DNA of 63,822 nt, filler included, from Octopus bimaculoides (lineage: Eukaryota): assembly GCF_001194135.2 (NCBI RefSeq). It is 5 parts of 5 records of this genome, joined end to end, with 100 filler letters (N's around TTAATTAATTAA, not from the genome) between each part and the next. Parts side by side here need not be neighbours in the genome. Positions count along the whole stretch, not along the records: positions 24,430 to 52,494 come from NC_068989.1; 4 more parts are not named here. One strand, 5' to 3'. Below the pieces are notes generated by a model. That model had not been told where the DNA came from and made no database searches. It saw only the letters and a program-made list of their open reading frames with translations. Position 1 is the first letter of the stretch. Each line of letters begins with the position of its first letter. Positions 39,733 to 49,412 of the stretch are shown piece by piece. Both the position numbers and the translations under genes were made by a program.

Positions 39733-39944
39733 TGAAACTGACACTATGTACACATGCTTAGCTAAAATTTTGAACAATGGCAGTATGAAACTGGCACTAT
39801 GTACACATGCTTAGCTAAAATTTTGAACAATGGCAGTATGAAGTTGGCACTATGTACATATGCTTATCTAAAATATTGAACAATGGCAGTATAAAATTGG
39901 CACTATGTATATATGCTTAGCTAAAATTTTGAACAATGCCAATA
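39733..39944. repeat. 53-bp minisatellite, ~4 copies
   Basis: Unit tgaaactggcactatgtacacatgcttagctaaaattttgaacaatggcagta. Confidence 0.9.
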
Positions 39945-40249
39945 TTATAAAATGCTGATTCAGTGTTTTCTCCGTTATATTGACATGAATTGATTTTGTG
40001 GTGAGAGCTTTTCATATCGAAAATAATAATCATAATGTAAGCAATTACATTTTTCAGTAGTTAAATTTTGACATTGTCTTACCTCTCCAGGATAGTATCC
40101 TTTAGCTCCATCTTTGTCACCCCTGTCCCGTACCTTCAAGGTAGTATACATTAACTCTTCTTTTGTTATCCCTGTCCCGCCTTTTTGAGATATACATTAG
40201 GCGATTTTCTGTCAATACTTTACCTCGCCATTTTATGCATGAAGTCAGC

Positions 40250-40283
40250 TATATAAGTGAGTAACTCCGCTCATCAGTCAGAC
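40250..40283 (+). promoter_or_regulatory. TATA box (TATATAAG) with Inr-like TCAGT/TCAGAC 26-30 nt downstream; putative core promoter of the precursor gene
   Basis: Spacing fits a TATA-Inr promoter. A donor AAG|gtagaa at 40348 and an acceptor ttgattgcag at 40775 link it to the signal exon. Confidence 0.55.
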
Positions 40284-40781
40284 TGTAAAGTGCCGAAACT
40301 TTGCTTCAATTCTTGAACCTTCCACTTCGCCGATTTTCTTCAAACAAGGTAGAAAAGTTGTTTTCTCTATTTTCAGATCATAGTTTGCAACTTCAGCAAT
40401 GTTTACTACTGATATTCTGAATGTTGTCTCGCATTTTTAACATTATAATGAATACTTGATTTTATATGTTACACTTGAATCTTTACATCTATTGCATAAG
40501 GTGGGATGTCTTCGTGAAAGAGGCATTCGTTCCGTTTTAGCAATCGTGTCACTGAGCTTGTTTGTTGTATTTTCAGCTATAGATTCAACAGCCTCAGTTA
40601 GTAACCTGGTAAAGAATTTTCTTTCTGATAATATTGCCATGTTGTAAAAGTAAATTACTAATCGAAATACATGAACATTTTCTAACGTCTATTCATTATA
40701 TATTGGCCCTAAATACATGATCATACAGCTGAAAGTAATTCCCTTTGTCTATAGAGGTTTATTTCTTGATTGCAGGCAAAC

Positions 40782-40827
40782 ATGCAGAAGTATTTGATTC
40801 TAGCCTGCTGCTTCCTCATTTTCAATG
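40782..40827 (+). CDS. Signal-peptide exon (MQKYLILACCFLIFN, phase 1)
   Basis: Strong acceptor 6 nt upstream of the ATG, strong donor gtgagt; basic n-region and hydrophobic h-region. Confidence 0.8.
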
Positions 40828-41277
40828 GTGAGTTAAAATCTTCATCAAAATATGATGAAAATTCATTCTTTAATATTTTTCTCGTTAGATTAGCGCATAT
40901 ATAATGTAGTGAAAGTAAGTGGCGTGTTGAATTATTGTTAGTTATGAAATTTTTAATATAATTGGAACAAGGCTTTTCACTTCAGATTCTTCTGTACATC
41001 CTTGACAATTTACATGCATCCTGCTTAATTAGTAAGGTTTGTTGGCTGTAAGCCCAGTTTCAGAAAGTGTAAATATTGAGGAATATGTTAGTTCCCAGAT
41101 ACGAACGATAACCTAATGTTAATTTTGCACACTGAGGGATTTCAAGTAAAACACTACAACTATTATACTACACTCATTAAGCGCTGAGGTAAACTTACGT
41201 ATTTAATGGTTACAAACTCTCATAACGGTGCTGGTGGTGAGAGGTGAACAATAAAGCTGCCATCTGGCATTCTTTTA

Positions 41278-41465
41278 TTCTTTTATTTGTTTCAGTCATT
41301 TGACTGCAGCCATGCTGGAGCACCACCTTTTAGTCGAAGAAATCGACCCTAGGACTTAATCTTTGTAAGCCTGGTATTTATTCTGTCGTGTCTCTTTGCC
41401 GAACCGCTAAGTTATGGGGACATAAACACATCAACATCTGTTGTCAAGCGATGGTGTAGGGGGAC
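41278..41465 (-). mobile_element. SINE family S2, 3' part
   Basis: ttcagtcatttgactgcagccatgctggagcacc...gccgaaccgctaagttatgggg; also present at 60548-60730 and 63620-63815. Confidence 0.85.
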
Positions 41466-41816
41466 AAACACACACACACACACACATGCATATATATATA
41501 TATATATATATATANNNNNNNNNNNNNNNNNNNNNNNNNNNNNNNNNNNNNNNNNNNNNNNNNNNNNNNNNNNNNNNNNNNNNNNNNNNNNNNNNNNNNN
41601 NNNNNNNNNNNNNNNNNNNNNNNNNNNNNNNNNNNNNNNNNNNNNNNNNNNNNNNNNNNNNNNNNNNNNNNNNNNNNNNNNNNNNNNNNNNNNNNNNNNN
41701 NNNNNNNNNNNNNNNNNNNNNNNNNNNNNNNNNNGCGCCATATCAAATTTTATGAAAATAGATTTTTCACAGTGGGATTGATTATGAATTCAGAATTGCT
41801 TGAGAATTCTGAAACG

Positions 41817-42050
41817 TTCTGAGCTGGCAGAAACGTTAGCGCGCCGAGCGAAATGCTTCGCGGTATTTCGTCTGCTGTTACGTTCTGAGTTCAAATTCCG
41901 CCGAGGTCGACATTGCCTTTCATCCTTTCGGTGTCGAGAAATAAAGTACTATTTATGCACTGGGGTCGATGTAATCGACTTAATGCCTTTGTCTGTCCTT
42001 GTTTGTCCCCTCTGTGTTTAGCCCCTTGTGGGCAATAAATAAATAAGAAT
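41817..42050 (+). mobile_element. SINE family S1, near full length, in the precursor gene intron
   Basis: Head, body and aataaat tail match the other S1 copies. Confidence 0.85.
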
Positions 42051-42201
42051 TGCTTGGGAATTTTTTTACTAAAATTTCAAGAGACTTGTAGTGGTTTGTA
42101 TAATCCAGCATTCTATTTATCTACAGTGCATAAAATATATAAATTTTAATCTTCCTATCAATTTTATATATCTAAACAGGTATTTATTTTTTTCTTTATA
42201 G

Positions 42202-42716
42202 CACGAAGATCTCAAGTATACAGTATAGCCTATCGCATGGATGACAGAAAATATGACCCGATTAGCGATTATATAAGTATCATACCCGATGACAAGATTA
42301 TACAAGCAGATGCCATCTATAAAAGATCAATGGAAATGAATGGCATAGATATGGGCCGGAGATCTGATATAGCTAATATACCAGCAGATGCCTACAATAA
42401 AAGATCATCAGAAATTAATGGCATAGATATGGGCCGGAGATCTAATATAGCTAATATACCAGCAGATGCCTACAATAAAAGATCATCAGAAATTAATGGC
42501 ATAGATATGGGCCGGAGATCTGATATAGCTAATATACCAGCAGATGCCTACAATAAAAGATCATCAGAAATTAATGGCATGAATATGGCCCGGAGATCCT
42601 ATATGATGAGGATAGCAGGACGGAATATGAATATACAATCCATGAATAGAATGAGAGATATTCCCTATCGTTCAGACGATATTTATATAATGCCAGCAAT
42701 AAAAGATGAAGCCTGA
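42202..42716 (+). CDS. Multi-copy peptide precursor exon (prohormone-like, with KR/RR sites and G-RR amidation signals)
   Basis: Acceptor tttttctttatag, in frame with the signal exon, giving 186 aa. It has a 78-bp (26-aa) tandem unit, SSEINGIDMGRRSDIANIPADAYNKR, about 3.4 times. AATAAA at 43160. Confidence 0.85.
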
Positions 42717-43452
42717 TGATAATGTCTATTGATACGAGGCATGCATCTTTGTGAATGATATTCTATGTCTACTATCAATACATCTCCCCTATAGATTTCC
42801 GTCAATGACAAATAACAGATTAGTGCATACAATATAACAAACAAATCATTTGTTCAAAAATAACCTTTTTGTTGAAGTACCAAAGTAAACTTTTTCTTTT
42901 TTTAATTTGCTAAGATATCTCTGCATAGCAATCAAGTATTTTTCAACTATGTTGGTTTCTCACATTATCACAAAATCTACAAATGATGAGAAGAGAAGGA
43001 AATGTGAATATTTCTTTCAACCAAGATTAAATCTCTGATTGCCTGGAGATTGCGTCTATATATCAATATGCTAACAAAAATCTATTCAAATATTTGATTT
43101 TATGTGATTTCTTAAACTAGTTTTATACAAAAATTCGTTTATAGTGGATATATTTGTTTAATAAAACACTTCTTTAATGCGCTTTTAATGTTGCGTTGTT
43201 CTTCATTTGCCTGTTTATACTTTTTATGAAGTCAAACAATATTAGAATGGTTTAGCTATCATGTTCAGGAGTACACATTGTTAAGGTTTATATCCCGACA
43301 TCACATTCGTCAAAAAGATGTCTTTGTAAACAATATCTGAAATATCATAAATTGATGTTGACACGATATAAGAGAAAAGATATCACTCAGCTTATTATGA
43401 AACGATTTCTTAAATTATGGCAGTATTAGAAATGAGTATTATTTTCTAACAG

Positions 43453-43523
43453 AAGCAGACGAAATGAGTTCTGGTGATAGCCTTGATGTGATTGTATCAT
43501 CTGCAACTATCCCCCCAAAATAT
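43453..43523 (+). CDS. Candidate exon (phase 1 to 0), (E)ADEMSSGDSLDVIVSSATIPPKY
   Basis: Good acceptor ttttctaacag and a single open frame; resembles PHM LDIRMPGVTPK. The donor is weak. Confidence 0.35.
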
Positions 43524-43759
43524 GTAGCGTTGAGTCAAGTTTTAAAATTTTTATTATTGTTTGTAATGATGATGTTGTTGCTTCTTGTAATAGACAGGAG
43601 TATGTTTTAACTTTCTTTATTATCTTATGATATTTATGGAGATATCAGAAATCTTTTTAAACCATTTTTTCTATGAATATAGTAAGAAGACTAATGGGAC
43701 AACGAAACATAACTTGCTCAAAGAGTACATAATTGAAATTCTGCCTCGTTTTCTTTTAG

Positions 43760-43801
43760 CATAAAGCTTCTATATTTATAGAAGGGACAGTAATAAAGAG
43801 G
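43760..43801 (+). CDS. Candidate small exon HKASIFIEGTVIKR (phase 0 to 0)
   Basis: Strong acceptor ttttcttttag, strong donor gtaaga, single open frame; no recognisable homology. Confidence 0.3.
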
Positions 43802-44149
43802 GTAAGAAGGAGTGAGTTGTAATTTCCACGCCATTCTCATTGATAGTTACATCGTCTGGGAAGTAACTTCCACTAGTAACAAAATAACAGCCCCAACATA
43901 TCTCGTTATTAGCTTAATTCATGATTTAGGTAGAATGCAGTTAGCGCTACTTTGCTAGAAAGAAAAAAATCATCGAGATAATTCTACATAATTTTATGCA
44001 TCAACAAACTAAATATTTTCTTTAAAATTTTCTTAATCTATTTTTCTTCACAGCTATATATATTAGTAAGTATAAGTAAAATTAATGAACACATTTGAAG
44101 AAACAGTTTCTTTCAATTAATTACTTGAGTGGGGTTTTCATTCCGATCT

Positions 44150-44410
44150 GAATCTCATGTGTACCTCACCTCCCAAAATGCCGCCTTTCTCTTCAATTAT
44201 CCAAAGACCACCGTTCATCTCATGCCACCCCATACACACCAGAATGAATATCCCCTTCAACCTAGCAAAAAGGATTTGTACTATAGCTTCTAATGCAAGC
44301 ACCAGGGACACACGACTACATGAACTAAAGGATACACTCATCCCCAGGAACTACCCACCTTAACTAATTGACATATGCTTTCAACGTTCCCTACAACTCA
44401 ACATCCACGA
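44150..44410 (+). mobile_element. Penelope-like RT C-terminal (thumb) fragment
   Basis: SCHPIHTRMNIPFNLAKRICTI...RLHELKDTLIPRNYP. Confidence 0.8.
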
Positions 44411-44636
44411 AATGTTACTGTTGTTTAACTCCAAGAACATCGTTTCTAGCTGGCTATACGACATAATATTTGTGTCCTTATATTTTCGAACTGGGAAATA
44501 ACCCAGAAACTAGTCCACAGATGTTTTGCGCTGGATGGGAGTACTGAACTCCCTGTTCCAAAATATAAGGACACAGATATTGTGTCGTATAGCCAGCTAG
44601 AAACGATGTTTCTTGGGGCTAAACAATAGTAACATC
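44411..44636. repeat. ~85-bp inverted repeat (44411-44495 and 44550-44636)
   Basis: acatcgtttctagctggctatacgac versus gtcgtatagccagctagaaacgatgt, with matching flanks. Confidence 0.9.
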
Positions 44637-46239
44637 GCTCCTTCCAGGACAGCCATATTATGTTGTCAAATAGCCTTTACTTTAAAGAACAATTACTGAA
44701 TGTCTCTCTCTGAGAGACTTAGAAATAATAACATTTCTATTTTTATGTATTTATACTTCGATTAGAGATTGTGTTAACCTCTAAAAAGATAAAAAGCTAG
44801 TCAACATTTCAACCAATTTATTCGATTGAAAGAAGTGCCAGTCCGTGGTGGATATATATGTCAAAACTAAGATACAAAGTTTGAATTACCTACGAACAAA
44901 CCAACTCATGCCAAGGGCAAAGGTTTATATTCACCTTCAAATTGTCACGACTTCTAACGGGTAACCCGAGAAATATTGACCAGCCAGTTAAATTGACGAA
45001 AAGCTCTACATAGGAATCTGGTGTATGTCAGAAAAATTAACTGACCGAGTCACTTCATTACATCCACCTGTAACTAGAAATAGAGAGGAATCTTCGATGA
45101 ACTTTACGACATCAGAAAACAAGGAATCGACGTAATCTCAAACTCCGGAAGGTCCATGAGAAACAAAACAAAAAAAAAAGACACCTCTGACTTAAATGAC
45201 AGTAGATTCTTCGGTGGGCTTCGTGTGTGAATGACGATTATTGAATGGTAGAAAAGAATTCCTCCTTTTAACACAACGACTTAATACCAGGTGGTGCAGA
45301 CAAGGTCTTTCAAGCTGTGCTGCCTGATATGAATGACCATCCACAATTGTTTGAAACCTAGAACACTCAATACACCCATGGTCCATGAGGGGTCATCAGT
45401 CCTGCCTCACCCTCCATACAAGATTTTTAAAATGTACCGAAAAGTATCCAAGAGTCTTTCTTCGAGTAATTCAGACCGACAGTGCTGGACGGCGTACATC
45501 TTTACCGTAGTTTTACGCATGGAGTCAATGCAGGACAAACCTGACAGTTAAAAGTTAGAAAGTAAATTTGGGCAATCAGTTGGTAATGGCACAGAACAAG
45601 TTGAGAAATCTTCTGAAAGCCTGCATCAGTATTGACTACTACGTCTCCAAAAAAGGAATCCTATGTTACAAAGTATCTCAATAAGGGAAGTGGCATGGCT
45701 TCATTTACTAATGGCAAAGAGCTCGATGACGGTATCAGACAAACCGCTACATATTCAGCAATGAAATAACCAGGAGTGTCTGAAGAATCGCATCCACCAA
45801 CGCCACCTAACAAAAGTCGTCTTGAGAATAAGCAGAGAGACCATAGCTCATCATTTGGCACAAACATAAGTCGTCATTAATCTGACTGATCTATCTATAT
45901 CTCCGTTAGTAAGAGGAATAAACTGTTGGTGAGTTCACAACAGAAAGTATGACTCCAAATGATTGTGCAATCAAGCAACACTTGCAACGAAAAATGTTAC
46001 TATGAGAGAAATCAACAGAAAGCTGCTGGATATTGATAATCAGAAAGAAAAAATATAAACGAATAGACACAATCACTTAGCGAAACCAACCCATGGAAGC
46101 TTGAATTATCCTTTCAGGGTCGATAAAATAAGTACCAGTCGACTAGTCCTTCCCCCCCCCCACCGAAATTGCTGGCTTTGTGCAAAAATTTGAAATCAAT
46201 ATTATTGAAACCAACTGGTTCAAAATTTGAATACCTTAA

Positions 46240-46830
46240 AGCAGGTCAGAAAGAGACGTAGAAGAAGTTGGTTGTTATCTTTTGGCCGCAACAAGCGACA
46301 AATACAGTTTGCAAGATAATCGATTGTATAGGGGTGTTTTTTTTTAGAATTGAACCAGAAGGACGAAGTAAAGAGAAAGCTGGGTTGCTGAAAACAGAGT
46401 GATATGACTGGTACAGGGAAGAATTTCGGGGCAAGCTCAATAGTGGCGAAAAAAGGACACAGTTTACATAAGAAGTTGTTGAATTAGCTGTTCGACAAAA
46501 GAGACGTATAGTAGAAGCAACCGGCTTTAAAAAAAGTAAGTAATGGGGTCGATTTATTTGACTAAAACTCTTAAGGTTGTACCTCAGTACGCCGCAGTCC
46601 AATGAATTGTTGAAAAGGCAGCAAAGTTAAGGTCTGAAAAGAAGGACCACCAGCAAAAGTGGTGAACATAATCTAGTAACACCCGATATGATTCTTGTGT
46701 CAAGAATAGCATGTCTTGTGGTCATAGTGGAGTTAATTGTGCCTAAGAGGAAACAAGCGAGTGGAAGACGAAAAAAGTATGCCGAGTTGGTGGAAGAGTG
46801 CAAGGTGTAAGAACATGCGGTCATCAGATA
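46240..46830 (+). pseudogene. Degenerate R2-group (restriction-like endonuclease) LINE remnant
   Basis: TPDMILVSRIACLVVIVELIVP...KYAELVEEC resembles the PD...ELxVP motif. Confidence 0.5.
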
Positions 46831-47796
46831 CCGTAAGTGACCATTCTTTAGTTAACAATACAGTTGAAAGTTAAAGAAACGAAGGATGGAGCTTCAGGAT
46901 TTGATATAGAAACACTGAAATTAAAGTTGAATTTGTAACTAAATCACAAGGATAAACGTTAAGAATTTCTAATTTTGGCACAAGGCCAGCTTGACTGGTA
47001 CCCGTGCTTGACTAGTACCTTATTTTTATTGACTTGTGAGAGATGAAAGACAAACTTGACCTCGACGGAATTTCAACTTAGAACATAATATGTTGGAACA
47101 AATGCTACTAAGCATTTTGTCCAACGCACAGACGATTCTACCAACTCACCGTCATGATAAATATTGGTTTCAGATTTTGGCTCAAGGCTAGCAATTTCAG
47201 GAGGTGGTAAGTCGATTACATTGATCCCAATGCTCAGCTGGCACTTATTTTAACGACTCCGATAGAATGAAAGACAAATTCTACCTCGGTAGAATTTGAA
47301 TTCAGAATGTAATGACGGACGAAATACTACCAAGCATTTTACCCGGCGAGCTAACCACCAAGATAATTATATGGGTTTCAAATTTTGACACAAGGCCGCC
47401 AATTTCGGGAGAAAAGGCAGGTCGATTACATCGATCCCAGTCTGCTGCTGGTACTCATTTTATTGACTCCAAAAGGATGAAAGGCAGCTTTCTCTTTACT
47501 CCATCCTTCAGACTCAGGTCTACCAAGTGTGTTTTTTAGAACTGAGTCTGAAGGATGGAGTAAAGAGAAAGCCGGGTTGCTGAAAATGGAGTGATATGAC
47601 TGGTACATGGAGGAATTTAGGGACAAGCTCAATAGTGGCGAAAAAAGGACTCAGTTTACATAAGAAGTTGTTGAATTAGCTGTTCGACAAAAGAGACGTA
47701 TAGTAGAAGCAACCGGCTTTAAAAAAGTAAGTAATGGGGTCGATTTATTTGACTAAAACTCTTAAGGTTGTACCTCAGTACGCCGCAGTCCAATGA
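46346..47796 (+). repeat. Direct duplication of ~260 bp (46346-46605 and ~47545-47796)
   Basis: The 3' portions are essentially identical; the 5' portions have diverged. Confidence 0.9.
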
Positions 47797-47843
47797 CTAA
47801 AACAAGTTTAAAGATTAAAAACAAAAATTAAGAGATTTCTTAG

Positions 47844-47911
47844 CTACTTTGTGGGAAACAGATTTGTCTTCAGATAAATCCAGTCGCATCAACAATGAAT
47901 TTCATTCGACG
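47844..47911 (+). CDS. Candidate exon LLCGKQICLQINPVASTMNFIR (phase 0 to 2)
   Basis: ag/gtatgc boundaries; weak similarity to exon A3 (LLC...PV...YI). Confidence 0.3.
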
Positions 47912-48739
47912 GTATGCACTCAATCATCGTCAATGCTGAACAATTTTGAAAGAAATAGGAGCTGAGCAATTCACCGAATTACACTGTTCTAAGTTAGCGT
48001 AATAGCTGTAAAGTTATTTCACGATTTATGCAAGAAAAATATTGCTCAGCAGCTATTTTCAAATGGAAAATGATTGTGCTAATTGATATTCTCAGCTCAT
48101 TTAATGACGCATATTAACGAGTTTAATTTTAAGTTATCAGGTGATTCTATGCTTGTAATACAGCATATAGGCTGCAGTGAAATAATTTCGACATAATGTT
48201 GTTTCCCTCGCAGCTAATAATAAATAGCTTCAACCACTGCTGGGAAAAATTCAACCATTTACCAAAGTATCCATTTTCTCTCCAAATTCGCTCAAATCAT
48301 TCTTATTATCTAAAATTACAGTTTCAATAGTGTTTTTCAAATCTCAAGGAAAATATGAAAGCATTTCAACTCTTTCAAAATCAATTCGACTGCAGTATCG
48401 AGAAACTTTAACCAGACCTTCAACTAGAAGCAATAGATACGAAAAACATCGATTTATTAAATGACAATACAAGAGAGAAAACTTTATCGTCTTTTATAAA
48501 TGTCTCCTAGACGAAGATTAGAAGCACTTGGTACATAATAGCATACACATAAACGGTCTGTCATGGACGCCGCAACTCTGAACACAAATAACGTAGCATT
48601 CTAACAAGACATTCATATTAAATTGGATAAAAAGATTCTTTTGGTATTAATACTGTTTCTGTCTTTATTAATTAATTTGCTATTTGCGACATTAGTGTCT
48701 GAAAAAAATGGTAATGCTCTATATACCGTAGTAGCGAGA

Positions 48740-49310
48740 TTTTACGAGCATGCTGTGACTGATCACTTCCCACTGATATGGGAATTCCGGCGCCATGACA
48801 GACGATTCTCGTCTGCTGCGATGCTGACAAGAGGTATCACTGAAAGATTTCTGTCTTGATGTTGATTTGTCCGAAATCACCTCTCTCTTGCTGTCAAAAC
48901 AGTCTTCTAGCTTTCCACTGCTACTGATTAATGATATTGTATTCTTCACTGCCCCAACTATTTCCAGGCATTTCAGAATCCACAAAATCAACACATGATT
49001 ACCTTATCTGCAAGCATTGATACTTTGTTTCTCGTGATCCATTTCTGCAATCCTTCTTTTCATCTGTTAGCAGGCCATTTCTTTCAAGGTGTTCATACAG
49101 TTTTTCTCCCATTATTCTAGTGAAGAGATTCCCTATCGTGGGTAATCAAGTGATCAGGTGGTAACTACAAGCCTCAGCTCCCTTAGCTGAATCTTTCTAC
49201 ATCAACATTTTCTAGATTGCATGCACAGTCTTGCAGGAACACTTTTGTGGTTTAGGATGCAACATAGTCAATCTTTTAAACCCTGAATTAGGTCAGGGCC
49301 GGCTGCCTTT
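48740..49310 (-). mobile_element. R4/Dong-like RT fragment, degenerate
   Basis: LPTIGNLFTRIMGEKLYEHLERNGLL...CRNGSRETK; GQINIKTEIFQ. Confidence 0.75.
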
Positions 49311-49355
49311 CAACTAGTCATCCTATTAAATATCTATACACTTTCATATGTAAAT

Positions 49356-49400
<45 letters not shown>

Positions 49401-49412
49401 CACACACACACA

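Noticed and set aside
42321-42600. Regularly spaced repeats as a CRISPR-like array
   Set aside because: Units are contiguous, in-frame 78-bp coding repeats without unique spacers, in a eukaryotic context.
42237-42716. Reflectin similarity of the Met-rich repeat protein
   Set aside because: It lacks the MD(X)5MD spacing and Tyr/Trp richness of reflectins, and has a signal peptide and dibasic processing sites instead.
48255-48330. LPKYPFSLQIRSNHSYYLKLQFQ* with PHM-like LPK...Y..LQ spacing
   Set aside because: It spans a position where the paralogue has an intron, ends in a stop, and sits in AT-rich sequence where such residues arise by chance.
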